Below, in pieces: positions 10,301 to 20,902 of a stretch of DNA of 64,000 nt. The DNA lies in contig CAIPDV010000042.1 in NCBI GenBank assembly GCA_903863935.1, positions 68,869 through 132,868 of the forward strand. Reading direction: 5' to 3'. This stretch comes from an uncultured Bacteroidota bacterium. GTDB taxonomy: Bacteria; Bacteroidota; Bacteroidia; JABEUT01. The translations under genes were made by a program, and so were the position numbers. Each line of letters starts with the position of its first letter. Within the stretch, counting starts at the first letter, position 1. A model generated the notes under the pieces. It was not told the DNA's origin, did no database searches, and was given only the letters and a program-made list of their open reading frames with translations.

Positions 10301-11436
10301 TTTTAATTTCAGTTGTTGCAACCAACGATGCAGTTATTACATGGCTGCCTCCTTTAAGTGGAAACTCAACAACAAAATATATTGATTCGGCTGGTACCTA
10401 TTCCGTAAAAGTTGTTTCGTGCGGAATTACTACTATATGCACTATAACGATAACAATGTCGCATCCATATGCTATCATTGGTTCAAAGCCTCATACACTA
10501 TGCGCTGGAGGTGACTCCCTTACCCTTACAGGTGATACTGGAATGGCTATTTATAAATGGTTGCCCGGTAATATTTATAGTCAATCACTTATAGTAAAAA
10601 AAGCAGGAACTTATACTTTAATAGCCACCGATGCATTTGGTTGCAGTGCCTCATCAACTATAAAAATAACAGCTCCGCTTAAAGGCTCTATTTCATCATT
10701 TTTGAATAAAAATTGTAATGGCGACAGTAATACCGGAACCATTAAAGTAAGCGTTCTGGGAGGAAGCGGACATTATTCATACGCATGGTCGCCCAATGTT
10801 GGCATCGGTCCAACGGAAACAGGATTGAAAGCAGGTTCTTACACTGTTACTATTACCGATACCAATGGATGTACGGTTGTTGAAACAGATTCCATCCCTT
10901 CTTATATTCTGCCGCAGGCTATAGCAGCTTTCACATTTACACCGGATACGGTAAGCCCGGGACAACTCGTCAACTTTATAAATGATAGTAAGGGCGGAAC
11001 CAGTTATTACTGGACGTTTGGCGATGGTCATTCCACTACCGATTCTTTCCCTTCCTATGCTTATGCAGGTGACGGTAGTTATGTGATAATGCTAATTACA
11101 TATAATGCATGGGGTTGCCCGGACACTACTTATGGTACGATATTTGTGACGGACGGAACTAATTTCCCGAATGTATTTACACCAAACGGAGATGGTCAAA
11201 ATGATATTTTCTATTTTGTAATTAAAGGTGCTAAATGTTTACATGCTAACATTTACAACCGTTGGGGCGTGCTTATTTATGAGATCAATAATTTGCAGGA
11301 TGGGTGGCCGGGAACTATAAGACAGACCGGAATGCCAGCCTCTGATGGAGTATATTATTACATCCTCGATTATTGTGATTGGGATTATGTCCATCACAAA
11401 AGAGACGGATTCTTACAATTGATCCGGAATAAATAA
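7357..11436 (+). CDS. T9SS type B (gliding-motility C-terminal domain) protein with SBBP propeller, Cys-rich Ig-like/SprB repeats and PKD domain
   Basis: Repeated D..GN.Y.TG.F blades; WTFGDG PKD motif; FPNVFTPNGDGQND...YNRWG C-terminal domain. Confidence 0.85.
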   Translation: MENNYSNLKYRIKNRRYILLLFVLITFTYSKNLSAQSYWMQKGGSGSADEGYSISLDDSANTYTTGYFTGTATFGSLNITCTGVSDIFLVKTNSSGIFKWAVKAGDGGSDRGLAVKTDKNGNSYLTGYYYGTATFGTHTLTSTGLQDVFVAKYDRNGNVLWVSSAGGTQSDIGNAITIDNSGNAIITGQFAGKATFGSYTLNSTANNINVFTAKLDGATGNFLWAKGGTGPHTDRGLGVACDPSGNVYVTGEFTDTITFDNVHKSPMYNAIFLIKYSNAGNELWFTEAGGGTYNIANAIAVDNSSNIYLTGNFTGTITFFAQSNFTLTNPYPNRIFVVKYDNAANLIWDVSDGSNNPVSANSISLDASGNAYILGNFDCIFNSYADQYGQGTFNSVGSLDIFAAEYSGTSGKWQWSRQIGGHGNNYGYSLAVSAAADVYTAGSFDQDMIITSAPAPSFIGYNAVDTKYCNSTYCSDPNYGHYADFRTYGNLDIDIAKPFNLGRQPYDFYLRNGAGCDRPQVSVCISTSLSGACMDTAQFCTSGELYAITNTCSTIGPNFTYLWSNGSRSGATSVNVTGYYWVTQTSADGCFVTKDTIYVIIHPPPPAPCISDNVVINTNSTNPQPIRLCDKSVKLTGCNYGKDSAYYWTTPKMKQIDSLTITVGLHSDSGYYCFNVVDSFGCVNKTCVWVAIDSNLSKIVPKLKCLTCKNDTAFICKGSSFVMFPYDSITNPFGNPALCIPPQFGTTNKWLVTPNTIAYALYTYCPPQNYMTPSDSGWYQITDSILRHNICGNTKQAVHDSVYVRLYPLPPPISLTIKGKSQLCSGDSEWVSVSGFRPFKWSNGSTMDSIFVGYGTYSVSASDTNQYGCTTSGFASISITKAIMTTPSISFFPSNGIICPGDSVEIIATGGPYQEYSWYGPSGPIAADTNIIWVKSPGSYYLFASDSNPCGLSALSNTVLIEAYATPYIQTPNTNICPGDSVLISVVATNDAVITWLPPLSGNSTTKYIDSAGTYSVKVVSCGITTICTITITMSHPYAIIGSKPHTLCAGGDSLTLTGDTGMAIYKWLPGNIYSQSLIVKKAGTYTLIATDAFGCSASSTIKITAPLKGSISSFLNKNCNGDSNTGTIKVSVLGGSGHYSYAWSPNVGIGPTETGLKAGSYTVTITDTNGCTVVETDSIPSYILPQAIAAFTFTPDTVSPGQLVNFINDSKGGTSYYWTFGDGHSTTDSFPSYAYAGDGSYVIMLITYNAWGCPDTTYGTIFVTDGTNFPNVFTPNGDGQNDIFYFVIKGAKCLHANIYNRWGVLIYEINNLQDGWPGTIRQTGMPASDGVYYYILDYCDWDYVHHKRDGFLQLIRNK

Positions 11437-11514
11437 AATTCCCTCTGATTAGCAGCAGTGTAGTTTTTCCTAACAATAAATGGAGTTTATTTTCGTTTGA
11501 GAAAAAAACTTTTC

Positions 11515-14500
11515 ATGAAAAAAATTTACACTCCGTTATTTTTTATTTTTTGTATTGGGTTCATATCCCCTACCCTCCATGCTCAAACAGGCACCTGGAC
11601 AAAGATAACTACCAATGCACCTAACTACAATGAAGGTGTCACCCTTTTGATGACCGATGGTTCTGTGATATGTCATAATTCATCGGGCGGAGGATATGGT
11701 ATTGGATGGGACCGTCTCACTCCGAATGCTTCGGGTAGTTATATAAATGGAACCTGGAGTGCGATTGCACCAATGCTTTATGATGGCCTTTACTTTTCAT
11801 CACAGGTTTTACCAGATGGAAGCGTGTATGTTGCCGGTGGAGAATATGGAGCTGGAGCTACGCATGGAGAAGTGTATAGTCCATTTTCCAATACATGGAC
11901 CAAATGCGATTCCATTCCTTTAGGCTGGAATATTTATGATGGTAATTCCGAAATATTATATGATGGAACCGTTCTGGAAGGTCCGCAGATTGCAAGTTAT
12001 GGAGGCACATTGATATATCATCCCACAACCAATAAATATACGATAGGCCCTTCCGCATTATATGGACATGATGAAGCATCCTGGCTTAAGCTGAGGGATA
12101 GCAGTGTTCTTTTTGTAGGTATTGGCAGCACCTCTTCCAATCGTTATATCCCTCAAACCCAAACCTGGGTAAATGACGGAACTGTTCCGGGTAATTTGTA
12201 CGACAGTTATGGTCTTGAATCCGGTCCGGCATTTCTTTTGCCTAACGGAAAAGCCATATTTTTTGGTGCAACAGGATACAATGCCATTTATACTCCGAGC
12301 GGAAATACTGGTCCAGGAACATGGGCCACTGCCGATAGTTTTCCAATTATTAATGGCGCGCGCACAGGAATGCCCGATGCAGCAGCAGCCATGATGGTGA
12401 ACGGGAAAATTCTATGCGGAGTTTCGCCGGTTCCAACTGCAAGTAACAATGTATGGCGTACTCCTGTTTACTTTGTAGAATACGATTACACTACAAATAC
12501 TTTTGCGCAAGTAACAAGTATTTTTCCGGGGCAGGGTTCCGATTCCCTGAAAGGATATACGAGTTACCAGTTGAATATGCTCGACCTGCCAGATGGTAAT
12601 GTGCTTGTTTCTGTTGCGCAATCGGGAATTTCTAATCAATATTTTATTTATACTCCCGGAAGTGCAGCTATTCCGGAGGGAAAACCAACCATAAATAATA
12701 TTTATCAAACCAGTTGTTACAGTTATAATATTACGGGTAAATTATTTAATGGTATTTCAGAAGGTGCAGGATATGGCGACGATTGGCAATGTGAAACCAA
12801 CTACCCGATTGTCAGGCTAACAAACGGAAGTAATGTGTACTATACACAAACAAGCAAATGGAACAGAATAGGCGCTGTGCAAACCGATAGTTTGGAAGAT
12901 ACGGCTCAATTTACACTACCAATTAACCTTCCTATTGGAACATATTCTCTTGTATTAACGGCCAACGGTTTTGCTTCAAATCCTGTAATCTTTACAACAA
13001 CATATACAAAATTGAATGTTATAGCCATACCTGGCAATGAAAGTTGCATTGGCGGAAGTAATGGCAGCATCCAGGCGACTATTAGCGGAGGAGTTTCACC
13101 TTACACATATTCCTGGTCTACAGGTGCAACTACTTCATCTGTCACAGGACTTACAATAGGGAAATATAAAGTTACAGTAACAGATAAAAATGGATGTACT
13201 GCATCGGATTCTACAACAGTGGGACAACCAAATCCACTAACAGCAAGTGCCTCTGAATTAATTTCTGTTTTATGTAATGGAGGCAGCACTGGCAGCGCAT
13301 CCAGTTCTGTAACAGGTGGAACAAAACCCTATACCTACAATTGGTCAAACGCTATGACAGGAGCAGTTGTTAGCGGATTGAGCGCAGGCATATATTCACT
13401 CACAGTTTCCGATTCGTGTGGAAATACAGCGACAGCAACAGTTAGCATTTCTCAACCTCCTGTTGTATCTATTTCAATCACATCACAAATAAATCCACTT
13501 TGTTATGGTGGAACCGGAAGCGCAACTGCTAGTGCTGCAACAGGCGGAACTCCGATGAATATTATAACAACCATTACAGGAAACGGAACCTTCGGACATA
13601 TTGGAGATGGTGGGCTGGCAACAGCTGCCGAGGTGGCAAACCCATCCGGCGTAGCTGTGGACGCAGCAGGCAATATTTTTATAGCCGACCAGTTTAATAA
13701 TGAAATCCGCAGAATAGATTATTCAACCGGTATAATTACAACTGTTGCGGGAAATTTATCTTATGGCTATAATGGTGATGGAATACAAGCTACTGCCGCT
13801 AGCCTAAACTATCCTGCAGCAGTAGCGGTGGATGCTGCAGGCAATATATTTATTGCTGACGATGCCAATAACAGAATCCGGATGGTGGATCATTCAACAG
13901 GACTAATCAGCACAGTAGCCGGAACAGGTACTGCAGGATATAATTCAGACGGGATACAAGCAACCGCTGCTGAATTATACTATCCAATGTCACTTGCTCT
14001 TGATGCATCGGGCAATATATATATAGCAGACAATTACAACAATAGAATAAGGAAAGTTGACCATTCCACAGGATTGATAAGCACCATTGCTGGGGATGGA
14101 ACAGGAGCTTATAACGGAGACGGAATACTTGCCACTGCCGCTCAAGTAAATGCACCGACTGGTGTTGCACTTGACGCTTCTGCCAATATTTTTATTACTG
14201 ATTATAATAATCAAAGAATACGCGAGATAGACCACCTATCCGGAATTATAACCACGGTAGTAGGAAATGGATCGCTAGGATATAACGGTGACGGAATCCC
14301 CGCTACCGCTGCCGAATTGGCGTTTCCGTATAATACTTCAACGGATGGTCAGAACAATATTTTTATTGCCGATTATGATGGTGATGCTATCCGTAAAGTT
14401 GACTATTCTTCAGGAATAATAAATGCGGTAGCCGGAAACAGAGCGTATGGATACACCGGTGACGGAGGGCCTGCTACCATTGCCGAATTAGGCCAACCAT

Positions 14501-15198
14501 CGGATGTAAAAATTACCCCATCAGGTAATATTATTATAGCCGATAATGGAAATAATGCAATACGTGAAGTAACAAACTATACCTATCTGTGGTCGCCAAT
14601 TGGAGGCACAGGCATGGCAGCAACAGGACTAAGCGCAGGCACCTATACCATCACAGCCACCGATGGAAACGGATGTACGGCCACTGCTTCAGTTACTATT
14701 ACCCAGCCTGCTGTAATGACCATATTGCATGATTCAGTAGCCCAAAGCGGGCCATGCAATGGAATGGCCGGAGTAAACGTAAACGGAGGTTCGGCCCCAT
14801 ATACCTATTTGTGGTCGCCCGGAGGACAAACGAATGATACAATACAAAACCAATGTGCCGGAAGTTATTGCTGCGAAATAACTGACAACAATGGTTGCTC
14901 CCAAACCACATGTGTTACTGTTGTTCTTACAACGACTACAGGACCAGGTGCAATTGTAAATACGGTAAATATTTATCCTGAACCGAACAATGGTAAATTC
15001 ATGATCTCTGGCATTATGCAGGGACAGATTATCGATTTGTATGATTGCTTTGGAAGAAAAATAAAACATGCGGTAGTTGACCGAACAGACAATATTCAAA
15101 TGGATATTTCAACCATGGCTAACGGAATTTATTTTATCAGTATAAAAAATAAGGATGGCAGTATTATTACCCAAAAGAAAATTGTGAAAATGGAGTAA
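11515..15198 (+). CDS. T9SS type A protein: kelch-like propeller, SprB repeats, NHL repeats
   Basis: Signal peptide MKKIYTP...LHAQ; GG..PYTY.WS SprB repeats; six NHL-like blades (P.GVAVD..GNIFIAD..NNRIR); IYPEPNNG...GIYFI...KKIVK CTD. Confidence 0.85.
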   Translation: MKKIYTPLFFIFCIGFISPTLHAQTGTWTKITTNAPNYNEGVTLLMTDGSVICHNSSGGGYGIGWDRLTPNASGSYINGTWSAIAPMLYDGLYFSSQVLPDGSVYVAGGEYGAGATHGEVYSPFSNTWTKCDSIPLGWNIYDGNSEILYDGTVLEGPQIASYGGTLIYHPTTNKYTIGPSALYGHDEASWLKLRDSSVLFVGIGSTSSNRYIPQTQTWVNDGTVPGNLYDSYGLESGPAFLLPNGKAIFFGATGYNAIYTPSGNTGPGTWATADSFPIINGARTGMPDAAAAMMVNGKILCGVSPVPTASNNVWRTPVYFVEYDYTTNTFAQVTSIFPGQGSDSLKGYTSYQLNMLDLPDGNVLVSVAQSGISNQYFIYTPGSAAIPEGKPTINNIYQTSCYSYNITGKLFNGISEGAGYGDDWQCETNYPIVRLTNGSNVYYTQTSKWNRIGAVQTDSLEDTAQFTLPINLPIGTYSLVLTANGFASNPVIFTTTYTKLNVIAIPGNESCIGGSNGSIQATISGGVSPYTYSWSTGATTSSVTGLTIGKYKVTVTDKNGCTASDSTTVGQPNPLTASASELISVLCNGGSTGSASSSVTGGTKPYTYNWSNAMTGAVVSGLSAGIYSLTVSDSCGNTATATVSISQPPVVSISITSQINPLCYGGTGSATASAATGGTPMNIITTITGNGTFGHIGDGGLATAAEVANPSGVAVDAAGNIFIADQFNNEIRRIDYSTGIITTVAGNLSYGYNGDGIQATAASLNYPAAVAVDAAGNIFIADDANNRIRMVDHSTGLISTVAGTGTAGYNSDGIQATAAELYYPMSLALDASGNIYIADNYNNRIRKVDHSTGLISTIAGDGTGAYNGDGILATAAQVNAPTGVALDASANIFITDYNNQRIREIDHLSGIITTVVGNGSLGYNGDGIPATAAELAFPYNTSTDGQNNIFIADYDGDAIRKVDYSSGIINAVAGNRAYGYTGDGGPATIAELGQPSDVKITPSGNIIIADNGNNAIREVTNYTYLWSPIGGTGMAATGLSAGTYTITATDGNGCTATASVTITQPAVMTILHDSVAQSGPCNGMAGVNVNGGSAPYTYLWSPGGQTNDTIQNQCAGSYCCEITDNNGCSQTTCVTVVLTTTTGPGAIVNTVNIYPEPNNGKFMISGIMQGQIIDLYDCFGRKIKHAVVDRTDNIQMDISTMANGIYFISIKNKDGSIITQKKIVKME

Positions 15199-15305
15199 CG
15201 TATATTCTTACAAACTTACTATGCTAAACTCTAAAAATAAAAATGTGTTTTGATTTTATAGTGTCAGACCAAACCTAAAAAAAGACTATTAAAATTATTC
15301 GGAGC

Positions 15306-15566
15306 TTATTTAGATTCGGCTAATAGCCTTACCCCAGGGTTATTTACCAAATTGACAGAGATAATATCAGCCATGTATTTACCTGCATTTGTCATTTGCT
15401 TATCAATGTCTGTAATATACAGAACGACTATCTTTTTCTTGTTAAGAGTTTGAAGTTTTTGAGAAAGGTCTGCACTTATTGCTGTTAATGCCTTATCAAA
15501 TTCGCTTTGAGAAATACAAGCGAATGACAATGAGAAGAAATAAATTAGAGCAATAATCCTTTTCAT
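15306..15566 (-). pseudogene. Truncated FlgO/CsgG-like exported protein (N-terminal fragment)
   Basis: Signal peptide then KKIVVLYITDID...GKYMADIISVNL, resembling the start of an FlgO/CsgG-like fold; ends abruptly after 86 aa at the island edge. Confidence 0.45.
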
Positions 15567-15580
15567 AGCTGCAAATTTAA

Positions 15581-16897
15581 TTAAAGAGATGAATGCTGGT
15601 CTCCATATATTATAAGAAGTTTCTGTAAAGCTGTTTCCTTAGCATCTGATTCAGTAACGTCATTTCCGATAGCTGAAATTTCAAAACTTTTAGAAATGGA
15701 TTTAGTAGAGGTTGATATAATGCTCATTGAAAGGGTGGCAGTGCAAATAATAGTACCCGAAGCTAATGTACCAGGGGTATATTTGTATTTGAGTTTTCCT
15801 ACAACCATATTCTTAGTGTAGTCGCTTAACTTTAATTTATCTATGATGTCAGAATTGCCCTCAAACAAGTCCTGAAACCCAGGTTTACTAGCAAAAATAC
15901 TTTTCAGCAACCCAAAGTTTGCATTTTCCCCCGATTTACTGTAAATACCCGCAATAGAGTTTGATAAATTATTCTCGATGCTCCCACCATCCTCAAATAT
16001 CGTTACCGATACATCAACTTTGCCTGAAGAGCTTGTTAAAGAGGAATTTATATAGGAACTATAATCTGTCTGCTCTGCCATTTTACCTGTATTATTCCCT
16101 GATTTAACTGTATTTGTGCCGCCAGAATGGGTCTTGACGGGACCGTGTCCTGGAGGGGGTGGTGGTGGTGGACCTATAATAATTATTTTTGGTGGTAATT
16201 TTGAACTAAACAATTGCTTCCATGGAACAAATTTATAACAAAGCCCAAAAACCAAAAGGGAAATTATAACCCAAAAAATTACTCTTGCTATCTTTGACCC
16301 CAAAAATCCAGATTTAACACTTACAGGTGATTCATTACTATTTTTTTTATTGGAATGATTTGAAAATATTTCTTTTAAAGTTACTCTCTCCTTTATATTA
16401 TTAAGTGAGTTTAGTAATTTAGTATCGTCAATTGCTTTTGCAATGCGACCCATATTATTCCACAATGCGACAATATCCTCTTCCTTCAAATAATCAGAAT
16501 TGAAATGGGCTACAGTATTCCTGACATAGGTAATTTCGCCAAGCCATGCGGGAAGGTTCATAGCTTGTTCATTGAAGTAAGGCCAAAACAGATTTTTATT
16601 GTACTCCGCAAATCCTTCAAAATATTGATAATCCAGAAGATCAGTATGTACTTTATTCGTATGCTTATTTATATCTTTAATCCACTTTTTCTGTAAATAA
16701 TCATTATTTTCATTCTTATCATAAAGAGCTTTCCTGAAATCGGGTTCCCATTTATCTGTATTTTTTGAGTGAAGGAGTTTATCTATAATAAATTCACCAA
16801 AAGATTTACGAAATATCTTCAGCGCACCGTAGACATCCTTTTCAAGGTCGGTCATACCTTCCTCTACAGGCTCATGTTCGTTAATTTCTTCGTCCAT
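15581..16897 (-). CDS. Swt1-like HEPN domain protein with single TM helix, proline linker and extracytoplasmic C-terminal domain
   Basis: LLDYQYF...LFWPYF...WLGEITYVRNTVAH (RxxxxH); TM IARVIFWVIISLLVFGLCYKFV; PPPPPPP linker; start placed at MDEEINE. Confidence 0.65.
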   Translation of the reverse strand: MDEEINEHEPVEEGMTDLEKDVYGALKIFRKSFGEFIIDKLLHSKNTDKWEPDFRKALYDKNENNDYLQKKWIKDINKHTNKVHTDLLDYQYFEGFAEYNKNLFWPYFNEQAMNLPAWLGEITYVRNTVAHFNSDYLKEEDIVALWNNMGRIAKAIDDTKLLNSLNNIKERVTLKEIFSNHSNKKNSNESPVSVKSGFLGSKIARVIFWVIISLLVFGLCYKFVPWKQLFSSKLPPKIIIIGPPPPPPPGHGPVKTHSGGTNTVKSGNNTGKMAEQTDYSSYINSSLTSSSGKVDVSVTIFEDGGSIENNLSNSIAGIYSKSGENANFGLLKSIFASKPGFQDLFEGNSDIIDKLKLSDYTKNMVVGKLKYKYTPGTLASGTIICTATLSMSIISTSTKSISKSFEISAIGNDVTESDAKETALQKLLIIYGDQHSSL

Positions 16898-16970
16898 TTT
16901 AATATACCTTTTATCAAAGGTAATTTGGTTGGCTACTTGCAAAAATAGCAAATTACATTATGCTTATTAA

Positions 16971-17336
16971 ATGACCATTGAACAAAACCCAAATGTATTT
17001 AATATGGAGGTTTTCAAGAAAGACTTAGAGTTAGGAGTTGAGGAATATGCCAAGTTTACTTCTTCGCGTCGCCGTTCGCATAGTTGGGATGAGAAGCCAA
17101 ATGATGAATCCGAGAATAGAATGGCAACTGAAAATAAAACCAAATTCGAAGAAATATCTAAAATGGTAATCAATGCATTAAAACAGAGTAAAAATAAGGA
17201 AGGCGTGCTTGAAGCGACTCATCTGGCTTTCTATGAAATTAATATGGAATATTACAGATATGGCGATAATCGTCCTATTATTTCACCTGAACAAGAAGCA
17301 ATCTTTTTTAGAGATATTATAGTAAAGTTATTTTAG
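16971..17336 (+). CDS. Hypothetical protein
   Basis: 121 aa ORF with ATG start, divergent from the HEPN gene; no recognised motif. Confidence 0.5.
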   Translation: MTIEQNPNVFNMEVFKKDLELGVEEYAKFTSSRRRSHSWDEKPNDESENRMATENKTKFEEISKMVINALKQSKNKEGVLEATHLAFYEINMEYYRYGDNRPIISPEQEAIFFRDIIVKLF

Positions 17337-17726
17337 AAAGAAGATACCTATTAAATAATAGGTATAGTTATAATATAAGTTGGTACTTATTAAATCCTGT
17401 GAGATATTTATAGAAGTTCCCAGCAGTTTGCACACTTGCTGCTTGCTATTTGGAACATCTACAAAACCTTCAACTATCTGCGTTTCCAATTTCTTTTAAA
17501 TTTAAACCTTGCAGACAAACCGTTTCGTTAAATCTTAATATAAGGAACAAAATAAACCCCTGCAAGCATTAAGCCATGCAGGGGCGTGTGGGGTTGGCTT
17601 CCCTAAAAAAGGAAAATTAACCCCCCGTAAATGCCATCTAAACTCCGAACGGTTTTGGAGTCAATATTAAATCTCGCTTAAAACAACTTGGGGGATTTGT
17701 CAAAAAAGTGCTTTAGTTTTTAAAAC

Positions 17727-17756
17727 CGCACCCCAAAGCGCACCCCGACCGCACTC
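17727..17756 (+). repeat. Three short direct repeats CGCACCCC/CGCACCCC/CGCACTC near tRNA 3' end
   Basis: Copies start at 17727, 17739 and 17750; GC-rich in AT-rich context, ~70 nt from the tRNA-Lys 3' end. Confidence 0.6.
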
Positions 17757-17826
17757 GACCTTTTTAGGGCTTTCCGCTTAATGAAAAAAGAGCCTAAAAT
17801 CGGCTCATTTTCAAACTCTTATTCAG

Positions 17827-17899
17827 TGATCCCGATGGGGCTCGAACCCATGACCCCAACATTAAAAGTGTTGTGCTCTACCAACTGAGCTACGGAATC
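17827..17899 (-). tRNA. tRNA-Lys (UUU)
   Basis: GATTCCGTAGCTCAGTTGGTAGAGCACAACACTTTTAATGTTGGGGTCATGGGTTCGAGCCCCATCGGGATCA; cloverleaf, anticodon TTT, no encoded CCA. Confidence 0.97.
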
Positions 17900-17925
17900 A
17901 ACAATGTTTTCCTTAAAAAGGTGCG

Positions 17926-17933
17926 CAAAGATA
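17926..17933 (-). promoter_or_regulatory. -7 promoter element for tRNA-Lys
   Basis: TATCTTTG on minus strand, 27 nt upstream of the tRNA. Confidence 0.65.
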
Positions 17934-18169
17934 ATAGAATTTAATATGACAAAACCCTTATGGGGAATATTTAAATCCTTAAACCCTAAATAACTTTATA
18001 ATCAAAAGGATATCAATCCTTTTTAAGTGTGGTTATTGTTGGAGATATTACCGGATTTTCACATTTAGAGCATGCAGCCTTCTCTTTATGGCTAATTGTC
18101 TTATATATTTTCCAACCCGCATATACCAATGCCAAAGCAAAAATAATATATACAAGTATGGTTTGCATC

Positions 18170-19489
18170 TTAGCTTACAGCTTTAACTACACCGAATTTT
18201 TTTTGCAAAGCTTCAGTTGTCATTGAGCCCGGACGTTCAATTGGGAACCCAAGGACCCTATCCCAGATAAGTGAAGCGAGCACTCCAAGAGATCGTGAAA
18301 CACCGAATAAAACAGTATAGAAATCATTTTCAACAATACCAAAATGGGTGAGCAAAACACCAGAATGCGCATCCACATTAGGCCAAGGGTTTTTTATTTT
18401 CCCTGTTGACTGTAATATAGGTGGGGCTACTTCATATATCATCTGTACTATTTCGCAAAGGTCGTCATGCTTGATATATCGCTTGTAAAAATCTTGCTGG
18501 GCAAGAAAACGAGGGTCCGTTTTACGCAATACGGCATGTCCGTATCCAGGAACCACACGGCCTTCCGCCAATGTCTTTTTTATATAATCTGCAATTTGCT
18601 CTTTAGTAGGTAATCCTCCGCCTAATTCACGCTTCAGTTCCATAATCCATGATAGAACTTCCTGATTTGCCAACCCATGTAAAGGACCCGCAAGGCCATT
18701 CATTCCTGCTGCAAAACTAAGATAAGGATCGCTTAAAGCAGAGCCAACAAGGTGGGTTGTATGAGCAGATACGTTTCCTCCTTCATGATCGACATGAATT
18801 GTTAGATATAGTCGCATAAGGCGTTTCACATCAAACAAATCATATCCCATCATGTGGGCCAGGTTTGCTGCCCAGTCCAGTTTTGGGTCTGGTTCAATAT
18901 GTTCGTTATTCTTATATTTTCTGCGGTATATATACGCTGCAAGTCTTGGCAGGCGTGCAATCAGGTTCATAGAATCTTCGTAAACATAATCCCAATAATC
19001 CTTTTTGTTAATCCCTTTTTTGTAGGCGGCAGCAAATAATGATTCTGTTTGCATTGCCATAGCTCCTATGCTGAATTCAGTCATGGGGTGGGTATTGGCA
19101 GGAAGAGAATCTAAGGTATCGAATACATGGCGTGGCACGATGCTTCTGCGTGCCCAATTATTGGTAATATCATCAACATCTTCCTGAGAAGGAAGTTCGC
19201 CCATTAGCATGAGATAGAAAATACCTTCGGGCAAAGGTTCAGTACCATTGGGGGCTTTTGGAAGTTTTTCCCGTAGCTCCGGAATGGTGTATCCACGGAA
19301 GCGTATACCTTCTTCAGGATCGAGTTTAGAAGTTTCAGTTATCAAACCAACCATTCCGCGCATACCCTGGTATACCTGAGCAACATTATACTCCCCCAGT
19401 TTTTGTTCGCCATATTGGGCAATGAACTGTTTTACATTATCTGCTTCAACTGTTGCTTTTTTTAAGAACTTCTCTTTTAGCCTGTCCAT
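18170..19489 (-). CDS. gltA: Citrate (Si)-synthase, eukaryotic type
   Basis: DHEGGNVSAH, GLAGPLHGLANQEV, GYGHAVLRKTDPR, PNVDAHSG. Confidence 0.95.
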   Translation of the reverse strand: MDRLKEKFLKKATVEADNVKQFIAQYGEQKLGEYNVAQVYQGMRGMVGLITETSKLDPEEGIRFRGYTIPELREKLPKAPNGTEPLPEGIFYLMLMGELPSQEDVDDITNNWARRSIVPRHVFDTLDSLPANTHPMTEFSIGAMAMQTESLFAAAYKKGINKKDYWDYVYEDSMNLIARLPRLAAYIYRRKYKNNEHIEPDPKLDWAANLAHMMGYDLFDVKRLMRLYLTIHVDHEGGNVSAHTTHLVGSALSDPYLSFAAGMNGLAGPLHGLANQEVLSWIMELKRELGGGLPTKEQIADYIKKTLAEGRVVPGYGHAVLRKTDPRFLAQQDFYKRYIKHDDLCEIVQMIYEVAPPILQSTGKIKNPWPNVDAHSGVLLTHFGIVENDFYTVLFGVSRSLGVLASLIWDRVLGFPIERPGSMTTEALQKKFGVVKAVS

Positions 19490-19513
19490 GATAATTTTAG
19501 TGATATATTAATT

Positions 19514-20866
<1,353 letters not shown>

Positions 20867-20902
20867 CTAATAAATATCTCCAAACTACATGACAAAAATC
20901 AG

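Noticed and set aside
13555..14577. Nucleotide-level repeats as a CRISPR or tandem DNA array
   Set aside because: They are degenerate in-frame NHL protein repeats; no CRISPR array or cas gene is seen in the window.
15198..15310. Second copy of the tRNA-Lys 3' end or an IS terminus at the far island boundary
   Set aside because: No convincing match to GTGATCCCG found; GGCTAATAGCC hairpin alone is insufficient to call an IS end.
18170..19489. Eukaryotic-type citrate synthase as recent horizontal transfer from a eukaryote
   Set aside because: This type is already known in some bacteria including Bacteroidota, and it sits in an ordinary eno-gltA arrangement.
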